Assembly: GCA_016934095.1 (NCBI GenBank)
Contig: JAFGTO010000244.1
Location: 1-12,398, forward strand
DNA from: Candidatus Glassbacteria bacterium
Lineage (GTDB): Bacteria; Gemmatimonadota; Glassbacteria; GWA2-58-10
DNA: 12,398 bases
Direction of reading: 5' to 3'
Under the pieces are notes generated by a model. That model was not told where the DNA came from. It saw nothing but the letters and a program-made list of their open reading frames with translations, and searched no databases. Shown in pieces: positions 1 to 7,040 of this stretch (the first letter of the stretch is position 1; each line of letters starts with the position of its first letter). Made by a program: the position numbers and the translations under genes.

Positions 1-2
1 AG

Positions 3-1916
3 TTCCGCAGCAACCGGAAGAACCTCGACCGGATGCTGTACAGCAAGGGAGCCGCCCTGATGGAGTCGGTGCTGCACGACGCTGAGAACGCAGTGCTTGC
101 AGAGCGCGAGATCTCGGAACAGCTCGCCTCCCGCCTGGCGGATAACGCCAGGTACGCCCTGATGCTGGCCGACCGGGGAGCGCAGGCCGGGCGGTCGCTG
201 GCAGCCGCGGCCGCGGAGAACGGGCTGGTCCGCCTGGAGGTGTACGGTCCGGACGGGGGACTGATCGCAACTAGCGACCCGCGCGGCTCACCCGGAATGC
301 TGCCCGCATCCCTGGATGGCCTGGCCGCCGGGGATGAGCCGCTTATCAGGCTGATCCAGGACCCGGCGGGATCCGGGAACGAGCTCCTGGCGGCCGCCGT
401 GCGGGGTGGGGACGGCCGGGCGGGAGTGGCCTATGCCCTGTCGGATGAGCTCTTCGCGCTCCAGCGCCGGCTGGGAATCGGCCTGATCCTCGACGACCTC
501 TCCGCAGTGGAGGGGGTGGCTTACGCCGTGCTCCAGGACACTCTGGGGATCATCGCGGCCTCGAGCGACGTGGTGGAAATCGGCAGTATCGGCAAGGACC
601 CGTTCTTCCCCCTGGCCGCCGGGGAGATCAAGGGGCGCCGCCTGGATTTCTTCGGCGAGGAGGTCTACGAGCTGGCCGCCCTGTTCCAGCTCGGCGGCGA
701 GAGTTTCGGTTACCTGAGGGTCGGGCTCTCGACTGAAGAAGTACGCTCGATTGCCGAGCTGGACCGCAAGAGGTTCGGTTTCGGCATGGCGGTGCTGGCC
801 GTGCTGGCCGCGGTGGCTGTGCTGCTCTACTTTTTCCGCCTCCGCCACCTGCACCTGGAGCAGGAGCACTCGCGCATCAAGAGCTTCTCGGACAGCGTGC
901 TCGAATCCATGGGCGATGCGGTGATTGTCGCCGACCGGGACGGCAGGGTCCTGCTGGTCAACCGTGTCGCCGAAAAGCTATGCGGCACCGACCGGCCGCC
1001 CCTGCCGGGCCGCATGCTCTCGGAGGTGGCTCCCGGCCTGGCGGAAAAGCTCGGAAGCCTGGACACAGATGAGCCGCTGGTCTTGGAGACCGAGCTGCCC
1101 CGGCCCGGCTCTGCAGGACCGCTGCCCGTGCTGGCCACCGCCTCACCCTTATTGGTTGCCGGCAGCCGCTACACTACGGTTATCCTGCGCGACCTGACCG
1201 ACCGCAAGCGCGCCGAGGAGCTGGCCCTGCGCAACGAGAAGTACCAGGTCATGGCCGAGGTCTCGGCCTCGGTGGCCCACGAGATCCGCAACCCGCTCAA
1301 CGCGATCGGGATGAATGTCCAGCGCCTCAAGATGGAGTTCACCCCGCAGGAGGGGAGCCGGGGAGAATACGAGGAGTTCATCGAGATAATCCGCCGCGAG
1401 GTGGAGAGGATCAACGGGATAGTCGAACAGTACCTGACCCTGGCCCGTTTCCCCGGGCCGAAAAAAGAAATGGCGAGGATCGACAGGCTGCTGGCCGATA
1501 CCCTGCAGTTTTTCGCTGCCGAGCTCGCCGGGCGGCGGATCGCGGTGAAAGCGGATATCGCGCCCGCCGGGCCGTTCCCTTTCGATCCCGGGCAGTTGAG
1601 ACAGGTTTTCACCAACCTGATCAAGAACGCCGCCGAAGCCATTGAAAGCGAGGGGACCCTGCTGGTGGCCGGACGCCCGCTGCCGGGGTACTACCAGGTC
1701 TCCGTGCAGGACAGCGGCCCCGGGATCCCCGCAAGCGTGCGGGACAAGGTTTTCGAGCCGTTTTTCAGCACCAAGCAAAGTGGGCTGGGTCTTGGATTGG
1801 CCATTGTCCAGCGCATTGTCGCCGAGCACGGGGGTAATATATCCCTGGAAAGCAGCGGCCGGCCGGGGACCACTTTCGTGGTCACCCTGCCTGCAGACAA
1901 GGAGGATAAAACATGA
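3..1916 (+). CDS. Sensor histidine kinase (periplasmic sensor domain, TM, PAS, HisKA, HATPase_c); 5' end probably truncated by the window edge
   Basis: Frame is open from base 3 and the first in-window Met is at 33. There is no RBS before 33 and no N-terminal TM, so the true start is probably upstream. TM segment FGFGMAVLAVLAAVAVLLYFF. PAS-like SVLESMGDAVIVADRDGRVLLVN. H-box SASVAHEIRNPLNAIGMNVQRL. N-box LIKNAAEAI. G-boxes QDSGPGIP and GLGLGLAIVQRIVAEHGG. Strong GC3 codon bias. Confidence 0.85.
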   Translation, partial: FRSNRKNLDRMLYSKGAALMESVLHDAENAVLAEREISEQLASRLADNARYALMLADRGAQAGRSLAAAAAENGLVRLEVYGPDGGLIATSDPRGSPGMLPASLDGLAAGDEPLIRLIQDPAGSGNELLAAAVRGGDGRAGVAYALSDELFALQRRLGIGLILDDLSAVEGVAYAVLQDTLGIIAASSDVVEIGSIGKDPFFPLAAGEIKGRRLDFFGEEVYELAALFQLGGESFGYLRVGLSTEEVRSIAELDRKRFGFGMAVLAVLAAVAVLLYFFRLRHLHLEQEHSRIKSFSDSVLESMGDAVIVADRDGRVLLVNRVAEKLCGTDRPPLPGRMLSEVAPGLAEKLGSLDTDEPLVLETELPRPGSAGPLPVLATASPLLVAGSRYTTVILRDLTDRKRAEELALRNEKYQVMAEVSASVAHEIRNPLNAIGMNVQRLKMEFTPQEGSRGEYEEFIEIIRREVERINGIVEQYLTLARFPGPKKEMARIDRLLADTLQFFAAELAGRRIAVKADIAPAGPFPFDPGQLRQVFTNLIKNAAEAIESEGTLLVAGRPLPGYYQVSVQDSGPGIPASVRDKVFEPFFSTKQSGLGLGLAIVQRIVAEHGGNISLESSGRPGTTFVVTLPADKEDKT

Positions 1917-3268
1917 AAAGCCACCGTATCCTGGTGGTGGAGGACGAGGAGAACCAGCGCCGCACCCTGGCCGGTTTCCTGAGGAAAAAGGGTTACCGGA
2001 CCGAAGAGGCCCCTTCCGGGGAGGCCGCCCTGGAGCTTGTCCGCAAGCACCTTTACGACCTGGTCCTGACCGACCAGAAAATGGGGGGCATCGGCGGCCT
2101 GGAGCTGCTCAGGGAGGTCAAGGCCGCCAACCCGGAAATCGAGGTGGTCCTGCTGACCGCCTTCGGAGACCTCCGCTCCGCGGTCCAGGCGGTCCGCCAG
2201 GGCGCTTTCGACTACCTGGCCAAGCCGGTGGACCTGGAAGAGCTGGAGCTGACCCTCGAGCGGGCCCTGGAGCGCAGGCAGCTCGTGGTGGAAAACCGGA
2301 TGCTTCGCGAGTCGCTCGGCGAGCGGCAGAGCTTCGAGGAGATCATCTCCGTCAGCGATGCCATGGAGTCTGTGCTCAACATGGCTTCCCGGGTGGCCCG
2401 GGTCGACTCTCCCGTGCTGATCACCGGGGAGTCCGGCACCGGCAAGGAGATGGTGGCCAAGACGATCCACCAGGCCAGCGTGCGCAGGGACCAGCCTTTC
2501 GTGGCGGTAAACTGCGCCGCCCTGAACCAGAACCTCATCGAGAGCGAGCTGTTCGGCCACGAGAAAGGGGCCTTCACCGGCGCCATCCGTCAGCGCCAAG
2601 GCAAACTCGAGTCCGCCGACAGGGGGACCCTGTTCCTCGATGAGCTCGGGGAGATCAGCCCCGAGATCCAGGTTAAACTGCTGCGCTTTCTCCAAGAGCA
2701 CTCGTTCGAGCGGGTCGGCTCGGACCAGGTGCAGCAGGCGGACGTGCGCCTGATCGCCGCTACCAACCGCGACCTGGAGGCAGCCATCCGTCAGGGCGAT
2801 TTCCGCGAAGATTTCTACTACCGGATCAACGTGGTCAATATCCAGATCCCGCCCCTGCGCTCGCGCAGGGAGGACATCCGCCCGCTGATTGATTTCTTCC
2901 TGCAGAGAAACCGCGAGCGTCTCGGGCCGAAGACCTTCTCCAGGCAGGCGCTCGACTCCCTGCTGCGCTACGATTTCCCGGGAAACATCCGGGAGCTGCA
3001 GAACGTGGTCGAGCGGGCCATGGTGCTGGCCAGGAACGAGGTGGTCGACCTGGCCGACCTGCCCCCCTCGGTCACTGCCAGACAGGATAACTTTCCCGGT
3101 GTCCGCGAAATCGGCGGCTCGCTCACCGAGGAGATAGAGAACCTGGAAAGGCGCATGATTACCGCCGCCCTGGAATCCTGCGACAAGGTTCAGGTGCGGG
3201 CCGCGGAAAAGCTGGGAATCACGGAAAGGAACCTGCGCTACAAGATGAAAAAGCTGGGAATCAAATAA
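1913..3268 (+). CDS. Sigma-54-dependent response regulator, NtrC/AtoC/ZraR family (REC + AAA+ sigma-54 activator + Fis-type HTH)
   Basis: Start ATG 1913 overlaps the kinase stop TGA 1914-1916 (ATGA coupling), with a GGAGGA RBS at 1901-1906. REC domain with phospho-acceptor LVLTDQKMGG. Walker A GESGTGKE. GAFTGA motif ESELFGHEKGAFTGA. Walker B/arginine-finger region. C-terminal HTH AAEKLGITERNLRYKMKKLGI. Confidence 0.9.
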   Translation: MKSHRILVVEDEENQRRTLAGFLRKKGYRTEEAPSGEAALELVRKHLYDLVLTDQKMGGIGGLELLREVKAANPEIEVVLLTAFGDLRSAVQAVRQGAFDYLAKPVDLEELELTLERALERRQLVVENRMLRESLGERQSFEEIISVSDAMESVLNMASRVARVDSPVLITGESGTGKEMVAKTIHQASVRRDQPFVAVNCAALNQNLIESELFGHEKGAFTGAIRQRQGKLESADRGTLFLDELGEISPEIQVKLLRFLQEHSFERVGSDQVQQADVRLIAATNRDLEAAIRQGDFREDFYYRINVVNIQIPPLRSRREDIRPLIDFFLQRNRERLGPKTFSRQALDSLLRYDFPGNIRELQNVVERAMVLARNEVVDLADLPPSVTARQDNFPGVREIGGSLTEEIENLERRMITAALESCDKVQVRAAEKLGITERNLRYKMKKLGIK

Positions 3269-3300
3269 GCTTTCGATAAAAAGGATGGAAATTTCGTGTT

Positions 3301-3340
3301 TTCGACCAATTGGTCGAACAACTCTCGACAAAAATGTCGA
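3301..3340. promoter_or_regulatory. Tandem palindromes, candidate enhancer (UAS) sites for the adjacent NtrC-type activator
   Basis: Perfect 18-bp palindrome TTCGACCAATTGGTCGAA at 3301-3318. Second dyad TCGACA-AAAA-TGTCGA at 3325-3340. Centres lie about 160 and about 140 bp upstream of the predicted sigma-54 start site. An AT-rich tract between them and the promoter (3341-3440) is typical of a bending region. Confidence 0.45.
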
Positions 3341-3446
3341 TAATATAGATTTATTTATTTTCCAGGGAAATCCCGCCGGTATTTTTTCGCGTATAACCTG
3401 TTGAAATTCAAATGATTAAGGGTTTCAAATATATTTCAGACAATTT

Positions 3447-3461
3447 TGGCACCGTTCTTGA
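3447..3461 (+). promoter_or_regulatory. Sigma-54 (-24/-12) promoter candidate
   Basis: TGGCACC-GTTC-TTGA matches TGGCACG-N4-TTGCW. The GG and GA(C) elements have the exact 10-nt spacing, with only the -12 C replaced by A. It lies about 75 bp upstream of ATG 3537, directly downstream of a sigma-54 activator gene. Confidence 0.55.
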
Positions 3462-3536
3462 TTAAGGTAAGGGTGCGCGCATCGATTTTATCTTTCGCAG
3501 TATCAGCTTACCTTTAAAGAGCAGAGGAGGTGCCGG

Positions 3537-4388
3537 ATGAAAACCCTGAAAATTCTGCCGGTAATCACTTTTATCGGCGCATTGATGACTTTGAATCCCG
3601 GACTGTACGCCCAGGATGCCGATGACGCAGCCGCGGACGATGGGGCCGCTGTAGCGACGCCCCTGGGCGGAGCCTACCGCCACGGCATGAGGGATGTCGG
3701 GTTCCGCGGCTTTACCGACGAGGACGGCAACGGGCTCAACGACTATCTAGAGGACTCGGACGGCGACGGGGTGGTCAACGCCCACGACCCGGACAGCGAC
3801 CTTTATCGCGGCGAGCCGGGTACGGCTCTGGGACGCGGCCTGGGCTTCGTGGATGAGGACGGCAACGGGCTCAACGACTATCTAGAGGACTCGGACGGCG
3901 ACGGGGTGATCAACGCCCACGACTCCGACAGCCCGCTCTACCGCGACCCCCGCGCCAGGGGCGCTTTCGGGCGCGGCCTGAGCTTTGTGGATGAGGACGG
4001 CAACGGGATCAACGACCGTCTCGAGGACTCGGACGGCGACGGGGTGATCAACGCCCACGACCCGGACAGCCCGCTCTACCGCGACCCCAGCGCCAGGGGC
4101 GTTTTCGGGCGCAGGCTCCGCTTCATCGATGAGAACGGCGACGGTGTCAGCGACTGCCTCGAGGACTCGGACGGCGACGGGGTGATCAACTCCCTCGACC
4201 CCGACAGCCCGCTGTATCGCGGCAGCGCGGCCGGGAACACGGTCAGGGGCGCACGCCTCGGCTCGGCCGGCAAGACTGTCATGCAGCGCGGGTCGGCTTT
4301 CAGCGGACAGTCGCGCTCTACCGGAAGGGCAAGAGTGAGAACGCCCGGGAGCTGCACAACCGCTCCCGCCGGCAGCGGCAGCAATTAA
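3537..4388 (+). CDS. Secreted acidic repeat protein with tandem DxDxDG (thrombospondin type 3 / EF-hand-like) calcium-binding loops
   Basis: RBS AGAGGAGG at 3524-3530. Signal peptide MKTLKILPVITFIGALMTLNPGLYA|QD. About 3.7 copies of a 45-46 aa unit EDGNGLNDYLEDSDGDGVINAHDPDSPLYRDP.ARGAFGRGLSFVD. Each unit carries two back-to-back 12-residue loops, DEDGNGLNDYLE and DSDGDGVINAHD, fitting DxDxDGxxDxxE/D. Confidence 0.8.
   Translation: MKTLKILPVITFIGALMTLNPGLYAQDADDAAADDGAAVATPLGGAYRHGMRDVGFRGFTDEDGNGLNDYLEDSDGDGVVNAHDPDSDLYRGEPGTALGRGLGFVDEDGNGLNDYLEDSDGDGVINAHDSDSPLYRDPRARGAFGRGLSFVDEDGNGINDRLEDSDGDGVINAHDPDSPLYRDPSARGVFGRRLRFIDENGDGVSDCLEDSDGDGVINSLDPDSPLYRGSAAGNTVRGARLGSAGKTVMQRGSAFSGQSRSTGRARVRTPGSCTTAPAGSGSN
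3720..4217 (+). repeat. In-frame tandem DNA repeat, 135-138 bp unit, about 3.7 copies, inside CDS 3537-4388
   Basis: Units begin at 3720, 3855, 3993 and 4131 with GAGGACGGCAACGGG...GAGGACTCGGACGGCGACGGGGTG(A/G)TCAACGCCCACGAC. Copies 1-3 are nearly identical at the nucleotide level and copy 4 is more diverged. Confidence 0.85.
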
Positions 4389-4405
4389 CGATTCTGCAGT
4401 TCTGC

Positions 4406-4437
4406 AGCCCGGGAGCCTCGTACCCGAGGCTCCCGGG
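4406..4437 (+). terminator. GC-rich hairpin (14-bp stem, 4-nt loop) between the two repeat-protein genes; possible intra-operon attenuator or partial terminator
   Basis: GCCCGGGAGCCTCG-TACC-CGAGGCTCCCGGGC is a perfect inverted repeat 18 nt after stop 4388, preceded by the direct repeat TTCTGCAG x2. It is followed by an A-rich tract (AGATAAAACAAACAAAA) rather than a U-tract, so it is not a canonical intrinsic terminator. Confidence 0.35.
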
Positions 4438-4464
4438 CAGATAAAACAAACAAAATCACGGATC

Positions 4465-5136
4465 ATGGGTAAAAGAATTACATACGGCGCGGCAGTGGCG
4501 ATTTTTCTTTTTTGCGGCACTCTTTCCGCACAGCAGGAAAAGGCCCGGCCGGAGACTCGGAAATCAACGGTCCAGCCCGGCGGGTCCGCAGCCCAAAAAG
4601 CAGCCGACAATAAAGAACCCCAGACGCCTGTCGCCGTATTCGGCTTCCAGGACCGGGACCGCGACGGCAAGAACGACCTGTTCCGGGACGCCGACGGCGA
4701 CGGGATCAACGATATCACCAAGAAACCCTACCCTCACAAGTTCAAGTTCGCAGATGAGGACGAGGATAAAATCAACGACTTGTTCGTGGATGCCGACGGC
4801 GACGGGGTGAACGACCTTGAAGTCAAGTTTATCGATGCCGACAGCGACGGGATCAACGACAATATCATCGATGTCGACAAGAACCATATCAACGACATCA
4901 CCGGCCTGCGCTATACCAGCAAGTCCCTGCGGGGGTACAAGTACGGTTTTATCAAGGAGGAGCGCCTGCTGATGATGCGCGGCTTCATCGATGAAGACGG
5001 GGACGGGATCGCGGATGCACCCCGGGGCATGATGCTCAGAAAAGGCATGCGCGACCGGATTATCGACCGGGACGGCGACGGGATCGACGACAGGAGGGAG
5101 ATGATGCGCAAATTCAGACCAGGACCCAGGAGATAG
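4465..5136 (+). CDS. Secreted paralogous DxDGDG-loop repeat protein (degenerate Ca-binding loop repeats)
   Basis: Signal peptide MGKRITYGAAVAIFLFCGTLSA|QQ. Loops DRDRDGKND, DADGDGINDI, DEDEDKINDL, DADGDGVNDL, DADSDGINDN, DEDGDGIADA, DRDGDGIDDR. Codon composition is more AT-rich than the first paralog. Ends TAG 5134-5136, 3 nt before the next start. Confidence 0.75.
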   Translation: MGKRITYGAAVAIFLFCGTLSAQQEKARPETRKSTVQPGGSAAQKAADNKEPQTPVAVFGFQDRDRDGKNDLFRDADGDGINDITKKPYPHKFKFADEDEDKINDLFVDADGDGVNDLEVKFIDADSDGINDNIIDVDKNHINDITGLRYTSKSLRGYKYGFIKEERLLMMRGFIDEDGDGIADAPRGMMLRKGMRDRIIDRDGDGIDDRREMMRKFRPGPRR

Positions 5137-5139
5137 GCA

Positions 5140-6405
5140 ATGAAAAAATTCGGCTTGCTAGGCCTGATACCGCTTTTCCTCTGGGCCGGGATGCTCCGGG
5201 CCCAGAAAGAAGTCAGCGTGGGGACCCACATGCTGGCTGACGACAATATCTTCCGCAACCACACAGGACAGGGCGACTTTGTCGCTGTACCTTACGCCGA
5301 CCTAGGCTACCAGTTCAGTCCCGGCCAGGACACGGAGACACTGGACCTGTTCTACCTAGGCTATTCAGGGCAGTTTTTCCTTTTCCGCGAGCTGAGCCGG
5401 AGGGACTTCTCCGTGCACGGCTTCTCCGCACACTACAACCACCTCTGGCCCGAGTCGCGCAACCTGCTCGCTGTCGGCGGCAAGGTGGAAACCAGGCTCA
5501 ACCCGGAAGACTACAAGTATTTCAACTATACCTCGGGCGGATTTTACCTGAACTACAAGAGATACCTCAGGGAAGACCTGATGCTGCTGGCCGGGTACAA
5601 CCTTACCGGCAAGAACTTTTCCGAATTCCCGGAGTTCAATTACCTGGAAAACATCTTTTCCATCCAGACCAGCCTGTTCCTGCAATCCAGGACCACCCTG
5701 CGGTTTTCCGCCAATTACTACCACAAGAACTACCTCAACAGTATCTCTACTCTGGACTCGGTTTTTGTCGAGCCGCCCCCGGTTTCCGGGCCCATGCCCG
5801 GCATGGGCTATGGATACGGCCGCGGGATGTTCCTCAGGAACCTGTTCCCGGAGGATGTTGGCGAAGGTTTCTACTCGTACCGCATGCGTGCCGATGAATT
5901 CCCCAGCACCGACCAGTTCAAGCTGGGTTTCACAGTGGCCCAGGGCCTGGCCGAGGGCACGGGGATCACCGCGGGCTACACCGCCCGGCTCAACCCCCGC
6001 AACCGCAACCGCTACCTGTCCAACCTCGGCGAATCGGTGCTGAACAATGAAGAGCTTTTCGACGACCACTACAGCTACCTGGGCCACGAGGGCACTTTGC
6101 AGCTCAAGCAAATGCTGCCTGCAGAGTCGATACTGACCCTGATGTTCACCGTGCGCAGCCGCCGTTTCAGCGACCGGCCAGCCCTGGACCTCGAGGGCTA
6201 CCCGCTGCCCTCCGGAGAGGACCGGCGGGACAGGGCTGTGCTTTTCGAGGCCGAGTTCACCAAGCGGCTCAGGCCCGGCATTTCCTGGATCACCGACAAC
6301 CTCGAGCTCTCGGTCGGGTTCGGCCTGGGCAGCAACAGCTCGAACGACCAGTATTACGATTTCAACGACAAATATTTCATTTTCGCCCTGGAAAAAGCCT
6401 TCTAG
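5140..6405 (+). CDS. Putative outer-membrane beta-barrel protein (no heme motif)
   Basis: RBS AGGAGA at 5126-5131. Signal peptide MKKFGLLGLIPLFLWAGMLRA|QKE. High Tyr/Gly/Asn/Ser content with alternating aromatic/hydrophobic patterning typical of amphipathic beta-strands. C-terminus ...YFIFALEKAF ends in Phe as in Bam-dependent OMPs. Co-transcribed with the two repeat proteins. Confidence 0.7.
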   Translation: MKKFGLLGLIPLFLWAGMLRAQKEVSVGTHMLADDNIFRNHTGQGDFVAVPYADLGYQFSPGQDTETLDLFYLGYSGQFFLFRELSRRDFSVHGFSAHYNHLWPESRNLLAVGGKVETRLNPEDYKYFNYTSGGFYLNYKRYLREDLMLLAGYNLTGKNFSEFPEFNYLENIFSIQTSLFLQSRTTLRFSANYYHKNYLNSISTLDSVFVEPPPVSGPMPGMGYGYGRGMFLRNLFPEDVGEGFYSYRMRADEFPSTDQFKLGFTVAQGLAEGTGITAGYTARLNPRNRNRYLSNLGESVLNNEELFDDHYSYLGHEGTLQLKQMLPAESILTLMFTVRSRRFSDRPALDLEGYPLPSGEDRRDRAVLFEAEFTKRLRPGISWITDNLELSVGFGLGSNSSNDQYYDFNDKYFIFALEKAF

Positions 6406-6534
6406 CTCCGCCCTCTCCGCGACCTGGCGCAAGGGAATCCCGTGCCCCCTGCCTCATGCCGCTGCATTTTCTCCGCCCCTCACCATTTTCATGATACAGC
6501 GGACTCACTGTAGCCCGGATACGGTCAATAAGTC

Positions 6535-6563
6535 TTGATTTAATCAGGCGGATATGGTAGCAT
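6535..6563 (+). promoter_or_regulatory. Possible sigma-70-type promoter for the encapsulin operon
   Basis: TTGATT (6535-6540), a 17-bp spacer, then TAGCAT (6558-6563), in the AT-richer spacer about 100 bp upstream of the EncFtn start. Weak matches only. Confidence 0.3.
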
Positions 6564-6669
6564 TTAACAGAGCCGCAAAAATGACCTCCGGGCCCGCCCT
6601 CTCGAGCCCGGCGCCAAATACTTTCAGGCGAAGACATCCTTGAACCTGCCCATCAGAGAGGAGTTTTCC

Positions 6670-7038
6670 ATGAGCAGTACTTATCATGAACCATCCCAGG
6701 AGCTGCCTCCGGAAGTCCGCGATACCCATCGCGCACTGGCGAGCCTGATCGAAGAGCTGGAGGCTATCGACTGGTATAACCAGCGGGCCTCTCTCACCAC
6801 CGACCCGGAGCTCAAAGAGATTGTCCAGCACAACCGGGACGAGGAAATCGAACATGCGGCCATGGCCCTGGAATGGCTGCGCAGGAGGATCCCCAAATTC
6901 GACGAGGAACTGAAGACCTACCTGTTCTCTTCCGGCCCCATTACCGAAATAGAAGAAGCCCTGGCAAAAGAACCTGCTGAAAACGACGCGCCGGCCCCGG
7001 GCAGCCTGGGAATCGGCTCGCTGCGAAAGGAGAGCTGA
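6670..7038 (+). CDS. Encapsulated ferritin-like protein (EncFtn) with C-terminal encapsulin cargo-loading peptide
   Basis: RBS AGAGGAG at 6654-6660, 9 nt before ATG 6670. The track start at 6640 is a TTG with no RBS, so 6670 is preferred. EncFtn signature EELEAIDWYNQRA...DPELKEIVQHNRDEEIEHAAMALEWLRRR (metal-binding Glu/His residues). C-terminal tail ...PGSLGIGSLRKES matches the GSLxIGSLK-type encapsulin targeting peptide. The stop lies 2 nt before the shell gene. Confidence 0.85.
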   Translation: MSSTYHEPSQELPPEVRDTHRALASLIEELEAIDWYNQRASLTTDPELKEIVQHNRDEEIEHAAMALEWLRRRIPKFDEELKTYLFSSGPITEIEEALAKEPAENDAPAPGSLGIGSLRKES

Positions 7039-7040
7039 CG

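Noticed and set aside
288-1829. Several minus-strand and alternate-frame ORFs inside the kinase gene (288-869, 827-1138, 925-1197, 958-1146, 1149-1829, 1169-1642)
   Set aside because: All overlap the kinase frame, which has a complete HisKA/HATPase motif set. They have no RBS and no sensible domains.
1691-3331. 546-aa minus-strand ORF overlapping the response-regulator gene
   Set aside because: It is antisense to a gene with unmistakable REC/AAA+/HTH motifs. Its translation is low-complexity and has no recognisable domains. Long shadow ORFs are expected at this GC content.
3882-4721. 279-aa minus-strand ORF across the tandem-repeat region and the intergenic hairpin
   Set aside because: Its apparent internal repeats merely mirror the + strand repeat. 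It spans a GC hairpin and an AT-rich spacer, which is incoherent for a gene.
5365-6432. 355-aa minus-strand ORF antisense to the beta-barrel gene
   Set aside because: The + strand frame has a signal peptide, RBS and OMP-like C-terminus. The minus frame is Val/Ala/Gly-rich filler.
6640-6669. Track start (TTG at 6640) for the EncFtn gene
   Set aside because: It has no RBS. ATG 6670 is preceded by AGAGGAG at ideal spacing and gives a protein matching EncFtn length.
6406-6669. Sigma-54 or Fur-box control of the encapsulin operon
   Set aside because: TGGCGCAAGGGAATCC near 6425 is a poor -24/-12 match and no 19-bp Fur-like dyad is evident. Only a weak sigma-70-like candidate was retained.
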